Assembly: GCF_044346625.1 (NCBI RefSeq)
Contig: NZ_JBIIYV010000004.1
Location: 4,467 to 68,466 of the forward strand
Reading direction: 5' to 3'
DNA from: Aquidulcibacter sp.
Lineage (GTDB): Bacteria; Pseudomonadota; Alphaproteobacteria; Caulobacterales; Aquidulcibacteraceae
DNA length: 64,000 bases
Shown: positions 51,059 to 60,454 of the stretch, in pieces
How positions within the stretch are numbered: position 1 is the first letter of the stretch
How the letters are laid out: the number at the start of each line of letters is the position of its first letter
Program-made: the position numbers and the translations under genes
Notes under the pieces: generated by a model
What the model saw: only the letters and a program-made list of their open reading frames with translations
Told to the model about the DNA's origin: nothing
The model's database searches: none

Positions 51059-51834
51059 GCAAGGGCTTTGGCCCGGACGAGCTTTTGGCATGCTATGCGC
51101 GCGGGACTTTCCCGATGGCAGACGGGCGGGATGATCCCCGCCTGTTTCTAGTTGATCCAGACCAGCGGGGCGTTCTGCCGCTTGATCAATTCCACATCCC
51201 ACGACGCCTCAAGCGTACAGTTCGCACCACCCCGTTCATCGTGACAATCAACCAAGCTTTCCGTGAGGTGGTGGAATTGTGCGCGGCACCGATTGGCGAG
51301 CGGACCGAGACATGGATCAATCAGCCGATCTTGGAACTCTACGACGGATTACATCGCCGCGGTCACGCTTTTAGCGTTGAAACCTGGCACGAAGGCAATT
51401 TGGTCGGTGGTCTCTATGGGGTTCGCCTTGGCGCGGCATTTTTTGGCGAAAGCATGTTTTCGCGCGCGCGGGATGCCAGCAAGATCGCCCTCGTCCATCT
51501 GGTCGCGCACCTCATCGCAGGCGGATTTCGCCTGTTAGACACCCAGTTTCTCACCGATCATTTGACGCAGTTTGGCACCATTGAGGTCAATCGTAAGACC
51601 TATCACGCGCTTTTGGCTGAAGCGATTACGTGCCCTTCAACTTTTCCTGTGCTGGATTTGTTGGCGCTGGACCCGTCCGAGGCTCTGACTCACCTGGATC
51701 CGCCTCCGGCGCAACTGGCACCGATGCCGCTGCATCTGGATTCGCCGCGCCAGCTTTGGCCGCAGAGCGTGGGCGCGCTTTGTTTGGAGACGATGGAGCA
51801 GCACTTGGCAATGCAATTGCCCCCTCACAACTGA
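51055..51834 (+). CDS. aat: Leucyl/phenylalanyl-tRNA--protein transferase
   Basis: 259 aa with a 4-nt overlap with the accC stop. It has the Aat pattern ([38 protein letters not shown]). The last ~65 aa is a non-conserved extension that overlaps the convergent gene. Confidence 0.85.
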   Translation: MSKGFGPDELLACYARGTFPMADGRDDPRLFLVDPDQRGVLPLDQFHIPRRLKRTVRTTPFIVTINQAFREVVELCAAPIGERTETWINQPILELYDGLHRRGHAFSVETWHEGNLVGGLYGVRLGAAFFGESMFSRARDASKIALVHLVAHLIAGGFRLLDTQFLTDHLTQFGTIEVNRKTYHALLAEAITCPSTFPVLDLLALDPSEALTHLDPPPAQLAPMPLHLDSPRQLWPQSVGALCLETMEQHLAMQLPPHN

Positions 51835-52669
51835 CCAACCACATATCGTAAGTTGGATGGTCAATGGGCGTAACCGCCGGGCTGGAAGCAATGATCCAGC
51901 CTTTGCGTATAACGCGTTCCTTATTGGCCTCACGCATGTCGCGACGGTTGCGCTGGGGCAAAACGGCCAATTGATTGGTATTCTGCCGGCCCATATCCAA
52001 GACTTCGACAAAGGCCCAAGATTCAAACGGGTCCTCAGGATTGGACGCATAACAAGCCGAAAGCTTCAGCCGCAAAGATCCATAGGTAACTTGGCTGCCT
52101 ACGGGGACGCGCACACGGACATTGGTTCCCTTTTCGCGATCCAAGGCCCCAATCATAACCCCGGTGCCGCGCGTTTCACGCACAGGCTTCGGCCCAGTTT
52201 CGAGAGCTTCTGGCGGAAACAAAAGTTCAAGCGGGACAAGGGGAATATTTGGTCCAACCAAACGAGGCAGGACTAAGCCGCTGGCTGCCAAGGCTTGTTG
52301 CTCGGCCTCTGCTTGGCTTAGGGCTTCCCGGCGGATGCGCGCGCGCATCTCCTCCTCAGGGGTCATCCACGTGCCGGTGCCGTTCTGACGGAAAGCAGGC
52401 GCAACATCGCCTTCTTCAGGCTCTTCGATGGGCCCGAGCTCTGGATCAATACCGCCACTCGTTGCCGCAGGTGGCGTCGCCTTCGTAGCCTTAGCTGGAT
52501 CACTGGCTGCGCCGCTGGTTGAACCAGGACGCAGGCCAGTCGCATTGGCTTCTGGATTTGCCGTCTGTGCGATCACAGCACCGCTACCAAGCGCAATGAA
52601 GGCGGAACCCAACGCCAGCCAGCTTAGTTTCTTTACGTCGAACATGGCTGTGCCGTCGGCCCGTTTCAT
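51626..52669 (-). CDS. DUF2155 domain-containing secreted protein
   Basis: ORF 51626..52684. The start at 52669 overlaps the NDUFA12-like stop (TAATG). The protein has a signal peptide, a Pro/Ala-rich linker, the conserved core ([14 protein letters not shown]...WAFVEV...), and a low-complexity C-terminal tail. Confidence 0.7.
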   Translation of the reverse strand: MKRADGTAMFDVKKLSWLALGSAFIALGSGAVIAQTANPEANATGLRPGSTSGAASDPAKATKATPPAATSGGIDPELGPIEEPEEGDVAPAFRQNGTGTWMTPEEEMRARIRREALSQAEAEQQALAASGLVLPRLVGPNIPLVPLELLFPPEALETGPKPVRETRGTGVMIGALDREKGTNVRVRVPVGSQVTYGSLRLKLSACYASNPEDPFESWAFVEVLDMGRQNTNQLAVLPQRNRRDMREANKERVIRKGWIIASSPAVTPIDHPTYDMWLVSCEGAIALPSAAPSSPNKARPRSAAKAGAANPDAAASVPVAPEADPGESEPRTGPAPTNPAQEKLKGT

Positions 52670-53079
52670 TACTCGGGCGACCAAGACTCATAGTCGCTGG
52701 AAGATTTCGCGCGCTCTCCTGCCCCGGCCAAGCTGCCCTTTGGCCGATAGGCAAAGACAGTCCCAGTCAAATTAGGTAGATGCGGCTTTTCCCATGACTT
52801 CAGCACGAAAGGCTCAATCGTTGGGGGTTGCTCAAACGTATGGTGCAGCCAGCCGTGCCAATCTACTGGCACGCGTGAAGGCTCGGCATAGCCATTGTAA
52901 AGCACATACCGACGCTTACGCCCTTCGAGGGTGGCCTTACGCTCTTCAAAATAGCGATTGCCTTGGTCATCTTCGCCCACCAAGGTTGCACGCTTTGCGA
53001 TATCAAATAGCGCACCAATTGTTGCACCATTCCACCACGTAAAGATTTTTGTGAGCACGAGATTATTCCTCTTCAACAC
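52669..53079 (-). CDS. NADH:ubiquinone oxidoreductase subunit NDUFA12-family protein
   Basis: 136 aa with a GTG start; there is an alternative GTG at 53058. It has the pattern FTWWNGATIG...YFE...RRYVLY...P.S.VP..WH.WLHH. Confidence 0.8.
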   Translation of the reverse strand: MLKRNNLVLTKIFTWWNGATIGALFDIAKRATLVGEDDQGNRYFEERKATLEGRKRRYVLYNGYAEPSRVPVDWHGWLHHTFEQPPTIEPFVLKSWEKPHLPNLTGTVFAYRPKGSLAGAGERAKSSSDYESWSPE

Positions 53080-53239
53080 CCATTATGCCCCGCACCGCTG
53101 CTAGCTTCAAGTCGGTGCGGCATGCCTGAACAGGACGAAACACCGATTACTTGCGGCCATACGCATTCTTCAGCAGAAAGCAGGACTACTGATGCAGTTT
53201 TTCCCCAATCAGGACTAGGCGATTGCCGACTTCAGGCAG

Positions 53240-55990
53240 ATGATCAGCGCAGTGATTCGCGATGGGGCTGCTGTGAGCTTTAATTCCGCCTTTTTTGGTC
53301 ATGAACGCTTCGTCGCGCAGCCTGATATGTTGCGCGAGATCGGCGCTGACTCTGGCCCATTCTATGCCCCGGCGAGTTGGAGTTTGGACAATGTGCTGGC
53401 CTTCGGCGAAGCCGCAGACCTACCTGACGAGTCCTCCATTTCCGATGCCATCCTTGATTTAGCCGGTCGTATTGGCAGCTCGGCTTGGACGGCAGGCATT
53501 TTGGCTGACGCGCAAGCGCGTGACCATTTTGAAGCCGTATTGGCCAATAGCCTGTTAAACCGCCAAGTTATGCTTGATGCAGGCTATCTGCGCGCTTTGG
53601 GCCAAACAAGAACGGCGACGCGCGGCTTTGTCTTGAACCTGAAAGATCGGTCGACCGAGATTGAAACCGGGCTGCCAGCGGTTTGGCTGGATGAAGACTT
53701 CCAAAGCCGGATCGTGCCTTGGGCACAGGCAGAGGCGGTCGTGCATCAGCGCCGCCAAAGTCAGTTTGACTCATCTGCCTTGTCGATGGGGCGTATTCAA
53801 CTGCGCGACGCCTTGGCGCGCGTCAGCGAAGCCGTTGGTCGCGCCGAAGGCGTCGGCCATGACGACCCACGGGACAATCCCGTACTAGCCCAAGCTGTAG
53901 CGGCAGCATTTCGCATTGGGGCCCCCGCTGGGGCGATTTTAGAAGCGATTGAGGATGCCAAACAAGGCATTTTTGACGCCACAGCCCATGGCGGCCTGCT
54001 CGACGCGCCTTTGCTGGAACCGACCACCCTTCTCATCCCTGCCGCACAAGCCCTAGACGGTGACTTGCTTTTGCGGGCCGCGCGTACCGGTTGTGGCTTT
54101 GCATTTGACGATGCGGCTTTTGCGGCTCTTGGCCCGGCTGCCGTGATCTCATTGTCTGCCTTTTATGAAGATATAGACTTCAATCAGCTTGAACGCGTTG
54201 CTGCAACTTGGCGGATAGCCCTTGATTGCCTCGGCGCTGCCACAGCGTTTCCGACCAAATCGGCGGCTCAAAACTGGGCCAATCAGCGCGCGGCGGTTAT
54301 TCGGTATTGTGACGGTGCGGGCCTCTTGATGGCGCTTGGGAAGTCCTATGCCGCGCCTGACGATCAAGACGTGGTGCGCCGTGCGCTTGGCGCGATCGCG
54401 ACTGGCGCTGCCGAGGCCAGCAGCATCTTGGCCAAGATTTCTGCTGACACCGACAACCCGCCAAGCTTTGAGACGGCCTTAAAGCCGCAAGAGCATGGAT
54501 TGGTTCTGGTGGCACTTGGGGCTGATGCGCCAGGTCTCGCGCCTATCTCCAGCCCGGCGATTGAGACGGCCCTATCGGGAGAAGAAACCGGCTTTTCAGT
54601 GCGCCCGTGTGTGGTCCGTGGCCTAAAGGCGCTGGGGCTCGATGACCAAGATGCTACCCGCCAATTACTGGGCACCCGCACTTTGATTGGCGCGCCCGGT
54701 GTTTCCTATGACGCGCTGGCCAGCCGTGGCGTTGATGAAGACGGCCTAGCCGCAATTGCAGAGGCCTTGATCAGCGCCCGCTCGCTGCGCCAAACCATCA
54801 CCCCTTGGCTTTTAGGGCCAGAAGAAACCGCACACTGGTGCGGATGCAGCTTAGATAAGGTCTTACAGCCGGGCTTTGATGTGCTGAAAGAGCTAGGCTT
54901 TACCTCGCAAGATATTGCTGCAGCCCAAAAATGGGCCTTGGGCCAACCCGACCAGTGGGGCGTGCTGCCCAATTCGGATGTGTTTGGCCCGGCGACGCGC
55001 GAAAACGTCGTCCGATTTGCTGCGGCACAAGATGAAGCTATCCGTCAATATGTGACGTTGAGCCTGCCCGTCTCGCGCACCGAGAATGTGCGGGTGATGG
55101 CAACAGAGCTTGCTAAAATTCTCGGCCAAGCAGGCTTTGCAGGCTTTAAGCTCAAATTGTCAGAGCCTGGCTTTGGCGCGCCCAATTTTGATCTGAGCCG
55201 TTATGAAAATGTGGCCGAAGAAGTCAAAGTCGAACGTGTCGAAGTGGTGGTTGAGCGTGTCGTTGAGCGCTTGATCCCTCAACCCGCTGCGCGACGCCGT
55301 CTGCCAGATCGGCGCAAAGGCTATATCCAAAAAGCTTCGGTTGGAGGCCATAAGGTCTATCTACATACCGGCGAATTTGATGATGGCGAGATCGGGGAAA
55401 TCTTCATCGACATGCATAAGGAAGGCGCGGCCTTCCGGTCCTTGATGAACAATTTCGCCATCGCGACGTCCATTGGCCTGCAATATGGTGTGCCGCTGGA
55501 GGAGTTTGTCGACGCCTTTGTCGGCACGCGCTTTGAGCCTGCGGGCGATGTTGAGGGCAATGATTCCATTCTGCGCGCGACGTCCATCCTCGACTATTTG
55601 TTCCGCGAACTGGCCGTTTCTTATTTAGGCCGCGATGATTTGGCGGAATTGTCTGAAGACCGATTTGATGAAGCGGTGACGGATGCTGGCGCACCTGAAG
55701 CTGCTGACCCCGTGCGTTTTATCTCCAAAGGTTTTTCGCGCGGCAGCTTCCCAGACAATTTGGTGCGCCTGCCCAGCGCAGCAGAACGGGCTAGCCGTGG
55801 CTCTAATTCACCTCAAGAGCGCACCATCCAAGCGACCCTGATTCAGCCCCAGACTGCTGCCCCCAGCGCCCGCTATGAAGGCGACCCCTGCCCCGACTGC
55901 GGCCACTTCACAGTGAAGGCGGACGCGTTTGGCTATGCCTGTGATGCTTGCGGGTGGGCCGGGCCACGCCAAGCTGAAGGCAACGCCTAA
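53240..55990 (+). CDS. Class II ribonucleotide reductase (NrdJ)-like protein with TSCPD/zinc-ribbon C-terminus and degenerate catalytic motifs
   Basis: 916 aa. Residues ~685-800 ([72 protein letters not shown]...[13 protein letters not shown]) match, from memory, the C-terminal region of alphaproteobacterial B12-dependent RNR. The CPDC...CDAC zinc ribbon is at the end. In the central region TGCGF stands where NPCGE is expected. Confidence 0.7.
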   Translation: MISAVIRDGAAVSFNSAFFGHERFVAQPDMLREIGADSGPFYAPASWSLDNVLAFGEAADLPDESSISDAILDLAGRIGSSAWTAGILADAQARDHFEAVLANSLLNRQVMLDAGYLRALGQTRTATRGFVLNLKDRSTEIETGLPAVWLDEDFQSRIVPWAQAEAVVHQRRQSQFDSSALSMGRIQLRDALARVSEAVGRAEGVGHDDPRDNPVLAQAVAAAFRIGAPAGAILEAIEDAKQGIFDATAHGGLLDAPLLEPTTLLIPAAQALDGDLLLRAARTGCGFAFDDAAFAALGPAAVISLSAFYEDIDFNQLERVAATWRIALDCLGAATAFPTKSAAQNWANQRAAVIRYCDGAGLLMALGKSYAAPDDQDVVRRALGAIATGAAEASSILAKISADTDNPPSFETALKPQEHGLVLVALGADAPGLAPISSPAIETALSGEETGFSVRPCVVRGLKALGLDDQDATRQLLGTRTLIGAPGVSYDALASRGVDEDGLAAIAEALISARSLRQTITPWLLGPEETAHWCGCSLDKVLQPGFDVLKELGFTSQDIAAAQKWALGQPDQWGVLPNSDVFGPATRENVVRFAAAQDEAIRQYVTLSLPVSRTENVRVMATELAKILGQAGFAGFKLKLSEPGFGAPNFDLSRYENVAEEVKVERVEVVVERVVERLIPQPAARRRLPDRRKGYIQKASVGGHKVYLHTGEFDDGEIGEIFIDMHKEGAAFRSLMNNFAIATSIGLQYGVPLEEFVDAFVGTRFEPAGDVEGNDSILRATSILDYLFRELAVSYLGRDDLAELSEDRFDEAVTDAGAPEAADPVRFISKGFSRGSFPDNLVRLPSAAERASRGSNSPQERTIQATLIQPQTAAPSARYEGDPCPDCGHFTVKADAFGYACDACGWAGPRQAEGNA

Positions 55991-56066
55991 AACCGGTTTC
56001 AAATCACGGCACCATTCCTGCAAGGAGCCGTCTGAACTTGTGTTTAGACCGCTGGAGCGTCCGAAA

Positions 56067-56555
56067 ATGAAACGTCTCGCCATTGCCATCCTCGTCGCAG
56101 CAGCTTGCGGCACCTCTGCTTTTGCCCAAAATGCGGGCCAAATTGCGTCGGTCAAAGCCGGTAAGTCGTGCGCAAAATGCAATCTGTTTCAAGCCGATTT
56201 GAGCTATTCGGACGTATCAGGCAAGACTTTTGCCGGTGCGCGCTTGCGTCAGTCCGACATGTCCTTGGCAACAGCTGATGGCACCAATTTCGCCCGTACC
56301 GATCTTTCGATTGCCAACCTTTACGGTGTGCGGGCAACCGGTGCCAACTTTGGTGGTGCCATTCTTGAGCGCGCCATTTTGGTCGGTGGCTATTTCTCTA
56401 GCTCCAATTTTGCAGGTGCTAATCTGGTCGATGCCAATTTGTCAGGTGCAGAACTTGCTGGCGCACGTGGCCTAACCCAAGCCCAATTGAGCAAGGCTTG
56501 CGGCGATGCAGAAACCACTTTGCCACGCGGCTTGACGGTACCTGCCTGCAAGTAA
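56067..56555 (+). CDS. Secreted pentapeptide-repeat protein
   Basis: ORF 55929..56555 trimmed to the ATG at 56067 (MKRLAIAILVAAACGTSAFA signal peptide). It has a CAKC motif, then A(D/N)LxG-type pentapeptide repeats, then C-terminal ACGD...LP.GLTVPAC. Confidence 0.8.
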   Translation: MKRLAIAILVAAACGTSAFAQNAGQIASVKAGKSCAKCNLFQADLSYSDVSGKTFAGARLRQSDMSLATADGTNFARTDLSIANLYGVRATGANFGGAILERAILVGGYFSSSNFAGANLVDANLSGAELAGARGLTQAQLSKACGDAETTLPRGLTVPACK

Positions 56556-56639
56556 GCGCCTGCCCACAGCTGCCTCTTGGCAGATTGTTACAACCATTTA
56601 AGTGGAAGTTAAGCGCTGAAGCGGTATAAGGCATGCATC

Positions 56640-57440
56640 ATGTCAAAAGCTTTGCCCTTTCTGATTGCTTTCGCCCTCGCCCCTATTGCTCAGCCCGTTA
56701 TGGCTTTTACATGGGATCAACGCGGTAAGCCGTCCACAGTGACCTTTACGGGTCGCTTTTCCGGATTGTGCGCGGGCTGTGACATGTCCAATCGGCGGAT
56801 GGACAATGCTCATATGTCATCAGGCAACTTCGCAGGGTCAAACTTCTCAGGCTCCGTTCTACGCAGCGCCGAAATGACCGCTGGCAATTTTGCCGGTACG
56901 CGCTTTGACCGTGGCGACCTCAGCAGTGCTGAAATGAACGGCTCAAATTTTCGCGGGGCCAGCTTTGTTGGCACAGGTCTGCGTTCCATCGAAGCTGCTG
57001 GCGCTAATTTCAGCGGCTCTGACTTCGCCGGATCAGACCTTTCCAATGCCGAGTTAATTGGTGCCAACCTAACCGGCGCAAAATTTGGTGGTACGCGCGG
57101 CACCAATCCCGACTTCAGTGGTGCCAATATGACCGGTGTCATGGTCATGGGCGCAGTCTTCGTCAATGCGGACTTTACCGGGGCCATCATGACACGCGCC
57201 AATATTGAAGGCGCTGATTTTTCCCGTGCAGATCTAACGGGCGTTGTTCTGCGTGATGCGCGTATCAGCCGCACGCGCTTGCAAGGCGCTGATTTCACAG
57301 GTGCCAACCTCTCAGGCGCTGATTTATCGACGGCCACAGGCCTTACCACCCGCCAGCTTGAAGATGCCTGCGGCGATGAAGCCACGGCCCTGCCCGCCGG
57401 CGTAACCATTCGCGCTTGTAAGACGCGCCGCCCGCGCTAG
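56640..57440 (+). CDS. Secreted pentapeptide-repeat protein (paralogue of 56067..56555)
   Basis: 266 aa. It has a signal peptide, a CAGC motif, about 35 pentapeptide repeats, and C-terminal ACGDEATALPAGVTIRAC. Confidence 0.8.
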   Translation: MSKALPFLIAFALAPIAQPVMAFTWDQRGKPSTVTFTGRFSGLCAGCDMSNRRMDNAHMSSGNFAGSNFSGSVLRSAEMTAGNFAGTRFDRGDLSSAEMNGSNFRGASFVGTGLRSIEAAGANFSGSDFAGSDLSNAELIGANLTGAKFGGTRGTNPDFSGANMTGVMVMGAVFVNADFTGAIMTRANIEGADFSRADLTGVVLRDARISRTRLQGADFTGANLSGADLSTATGLTTRQLEDACGDEATALPAGVTIRACKTRRPR

Positions 57441-57470
57441 GGGTTTGTTGTAATTCAGGGGCACGGGATC

Positions 57471-57776
57471 TTGGAAATAAGCCGAGAAGATTTGATCGCC
57501 ATTGAACTTCGTACCGACAGAGAGGCGAAAGATCCCTTTCCCGCTTATGCACTTTGGTTCTTCCTAGGCTGGCTCGGTGCGCATCGCTTTTTTATCGGCG
57601 AGACGAAAACGGGCCTCGCCATGTTGATTTTGACCCTCAGCATGGTCGGCTTTCCTATCACCTTCGTCTGGTGGCTTACCGATGCCATACGGCTCGGTGG
57701 TCTCCTACAAGAAAAGCGCGACTTGGTGCGCGACCGAATTGCGCGCGAGACGTTGGAGTTGAAAGAGTTATATTAG
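57471..57776 (+). CDS. TM2 domain-containing membrane protein
   Basis: 101 aa with a TTG start; there is no in-frame ATG until deep in the ORF. It has the TM2 signature LWFFLGWLGAHRFFIG and a second TM helix. Confidence 0.65.
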   Translation: MEISREDLIAIELRTDREAKDPFPAYALWFFLGWLGAHRFFIGETKTGLAMLILTLSMVGFPITFVWWLTDAIRLGGLLQEKRDLVRDRIARETLELKELY

Positions 57777-57819
57777 GGTTTGGTGGACCAGAATGGGCAC
57801 CAAAGCGCTTCTAAACACA

Positions 57820-57866
57820 AAGGCCTCTCCCAGAGGGCGAGGGGCTTGAATCGCTGCCCCCCTCAC
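57820..57866. repeat. REP-like palindromic unit related to the one at 9241-9292
   Basis: The minus strand reads GTGAGGGGGGCAGCGATTCAAGCCCCTCGCCCTCTGGGAGAGGCC. It shares CCCCTCGCC...GGGAGAGG with the plus-strand unit at 9246-9269. It lies between convergent genes and begins at the gmk stop codon. Confidence 0.5.
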
Positions 57867-58510
57867 GTATCCTCGCGCAACAACCCCTGTACAAAGCCAC
57901 CCATCCAAGGCTGGCGCGCGCGACGCATGCGTTCGGCTTCGAGGATCGTTTTTAGGCGCGCAAAGCTCTGGTCGAGGTCTTCATTGACCAGCACATAATC
58001 AAAGTTTTCCCAGCGGCTAATCTCGCCATAGGCATTGGTCATGCGTTTCTTGATGACTTCGGGTGTATCCTGCCCGCGCGAGATCAGGCGGCGCTTAAGC
58101 TCAGCCATGCTGGGCGGCAGGATGAAGACTTTCACCACTTCTTCTGGGGCCGAGGTGCGCAGTTGCAGCGCGCCTTGCCAATCGACGTCAAACATCAAGT
58201 CGCGACCCGATTGAAGGGTAGCGAACGCGCTTTCACGCGGGCTGCCGTAATAGTGGTCATGGACTTCGGCCCATTCGAGAAAGCCATCTTGGGCGCGATG
58301 GGCGCGGAATTGGTCCTTGTCGACAAAGTGGTAATGTACCCCATCGCTCTCACCCGGGCGGGGTGCGCGTGTAGTCCAGGAAACCGACAAAGCAATGTCT
58401 GGGTCCTCGTCCACTAGTCGTCGGGATAAAGTGGTTTTGCCTGCCCCTGACGGGCTGACCAAGGCCAACATCAGACCGCGACGTTTGTAGAGATGGGGCT
58501 CACTCGACAT
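57863..58510 (-). CDS. gmk: Guanylate kinase
   Basis: 215 aa with the P-loop SPSGAGKTT and the motif TTRAPRPGE.DG..Y.F. Confidence 0.9.
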   Translation of the reverse strand: MSSEPHLYKRRGLMLALVSPSGAGKTTLSRRLVDEDPDIALSVSWTTRAPRPGESDGVHYHFVDKDQFRAHRAQDGFLEWAEVHDHYYGSPRESAFATLQSGRDLMFDVDWQGALQLRTSAPEEVVKVFILPPSMAELKRRLISRGQDTPEVIKKRMTNAYGEISRWENFDYVLVNEDLDQSFARLKTILEAERMRRARQPWMGGFVQGLLREDT

Positions 58511-59402
58511 TGGCTGCCTGTTCTTTCAATTGATCCACGCTGGCCTTGAGGTCGAGGCCTGCGCGGGTGAGTTCCAAGGCCGCAGCTTTGGCCGTCAATG
58601 TATTGGATTCGCGGTGAAATTCCTGAGCCAAGAAATCCAGCTTGCGGCCGATATCCCCACCTTGCTGAAGCAGCGCGCGCGCCTCACCGCTATGGGCCCG
58701 CAAGCGGTCCAGTTCCTCGCGCACATCCGCCTTTAGGGCGAGCGCGGCGGCCTCTTGCAACAGGCGTTGTTGATCATAGGGCACATCGCCCAAAAGCTCT
58801 GCCGTGCGCTTTTGCACGCGGTCACGAATGGCCAAGACTTGCGCTTCTGCAGCGGCTTCGGCTTGATGCGTCGTGGCCTCGATCCGCGACAGCAAGGTTT
58901 CAAACAGCGTGAACAGCCCCTCACCCTCACGGTGCCGAGCGGCCAGAAGGGCGTCGAGCGAGGTATCTAGGCCAATAATCAAAGCAGCTTCGCGTGCGGC
59001 CTTCACCTCGTCAGGCTCAACAAAATCTGCACTTTCCAGCACGCCGCGCAGTTGCAGCAGGCCATCGAGGCTTGGTCGGCCTACCTTGCCCTGCTCGATC
59101 AACGCTTGCCCCTCTGCGAGATAAAACGCAATCATGTCCTGATTGACCCGTACCATCGGGCCAATGCTGGTGCTGTCACGCTTGGTCGCAAGCGAAATCT
59201 GGATCGACCCGCGCTTAAAGCGCTTGGCGCAGCCTTCGCGGATCTTGGTCTCAAAGGCTTCATAGCCGGGCGGCAGTTTGAACTTCACGTCGAGATTGCG
59301 GCCATTGACGCTGCGCGCTTCCCACGCCCAAGCGACATCGCCAGCTTGACCTTCGGCGCGGCCAAAGCCCGTCATGCCCAAGAGCGGTGTCACAGGCTTC
59401 AT
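58500..59402 (-). CDS. YicC/YloC family endoribonuclease
   Basis: ORF 58500..59453. The ATG at 59402 forms an ATGA overlap with the mltG stop. The protein has the N-terminal MTGFGR motif and the C-terminal REINT-like region EFHRESNTL...LKEQAANVE. Confidence 0.8.
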   Translation of the reverse strand: MKPVTPLLGMTGFGRAEGQAGDVAWAWEARSVNGRNLDVKFKLPPGYEAFETKIREGCAKRFKRGSIQISLATKRDSTSIGPMVRVNQDMIAFYLAEGQALIEQGKVGRPSLDGLLQLRGVLESADFVEPDEVKAAREAALIIGLDTSLDALLAARHREGEGLFTLFETLLSRIEATTHQAEAAAEAQVLAIRDRVQKRTAELLGDVPYDQQRLLQEAAALALKADVREELDRLRAHSGEARALLQQGGDIGRKLDFLAQEFHRESNTLTAKAAALELTRAGLDLKASVDQLKEQAANVE

Positions 59403-60454
59403 TGGCCACCACCCATCAGGCTTTGGCCCTTTTTCTCTTGTTCCGCTCGCCATGCACGCCAGCGCAGGACGTTGCGATTATGCTCGGCATAGGTCTCGGC
59501 AAAGACGTGCCCGCCCGTGCCGTCCGCCACAAAGAAGATTTCGCGGGTCCGGGGCGGGTTCAGAACAGCCGCCAAAGCATCCTTGCCCGGATTGGCAATC
59601 GGCGTAGGGGGCAAGCCTTGGATCACATAAGTGTTCCAAGGATGGGGGTTTTCGAGGTCGCTACGGAAGATTTTCCGGCGCAAGGGCGCACCCTTAGTGA
59701 TGCCGTAAATGATTGTTGGGTCAGACTGCAGCTTCATGCCAAGGCGTAGGCGGTTGACAAAGACCGCCGCCACACGGGGCCGCTCTTCAGCAATACCGGT
59801 TTCTTTTTCCACAATGGAGGCCAAAATGATCGCCTCTTGCTTCGTGGCAATCGGCAGGTCTGGCGCGCGCTTTAGCCATAAGTCGTTAATGAGGGCTTGA
59901 TGGCTGTCCTGCATCCGCTTCACCACACTTGCGCGCGTATCGCCACGTTGGATCGGATAGGTGTCAGGGTTGAGCGTCCCTTCAGGCGGCGCTGGCGGCA
60001 ACTCGCCTGCCAAAAACCGGCTTGCTTCCAGACGTTTATAGATTTGGCTGACGCTCCAGCCCTCCGGCAATACAATCGCGCGCCTGACCCCCTCACCGCT
60101 GGCGAGGATTTTGGCAATGCTGATGGGGGTGGCACCAGAGGGGATTTCATATTCCGCAATCTTCAAGTCGGCCGCAGAGCCATTGATCGCGACCGCCAAG
60201 CGGAACCCCAGTGCGGATCGCACCAAGCCTTCCTTTTGAAGACGACGGCCAACAATACTGGCTGAATCCCCATCTTCTACGATGAAAAAGCTCGACTCAC
60301 CCTCTTTGGCCTTCGGGCCCGGTCCCAAAAGGAACCAGCCCGTGCCGAGAACGAATAAAATCGACGCGAGGCCAAGCCCGATCCAAATCCGCTGCCACAT
60401 GGCCTTTGCCTGAGCCGCCTTTTTGCCACGCACTTTGGCGACGGGATCGGTCAT
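59399..60454 (-). CDS. mltG: Endolytic transglycosylase MltG
   Basis: 351 aa. It has an N-terminal TM anchor and the YceG pattern (ILASIVEKETG...ERP.VA.VF.NRL...M.LQSDPT..Y). Confidence 0.85.
   Translation of the reverse strand: MTDPVAKVRGKKAAQAKAMWQRIWIGLGLASILFVLGTGWFLLGPGPKAKEGESSFFIVEDGDSASIVGRRLQKEGLVRSALGFRLAVAINGSAADLKIAEYEIPSGATPISIAKILASGEGVRRAIVLPEGWSVSQIYKRLEASRFLAGELPPAPPEGTLNPDTYPIQRGDTRASVVKRMQDSHQALINDLWLKRAPDLPIATKQEAIILASIVEKETGIAEERPRVAAVFVNRLRLGMKLQSDPTIIYGITKGAPLRRKIFRSDLENPHPWNTYVIQGLPPTPIANPGKDALAAVLNPPRTREIFFVADGTGGHVFAETYAEHNRNVLRWRAWRAEQEKKGQSLMGGGQ

Noticed and set aside
53080-53239. Possible cobalamin riboswitch upstream of the NrdJ-like gene, and an 8-nt direct repeat CAGGACTA (53181-53188 and 53210-53217).
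   Set aside because: There is no B12-box (GCCACTG) or AGGGAA/GGTGAAA core. An 8-mer repeat at this spacing is within chance expectation.
56810-57409. 199-aa minus-strand ORF with its own repetitive translation.
   Set aside because: It is antisense to the pentapeptide-repeat gene. The 15-nt periodicity of the repeat keeps the opposite frame open. The sense frame has a signal peptide and canonical A(D/N)LxG repeats.
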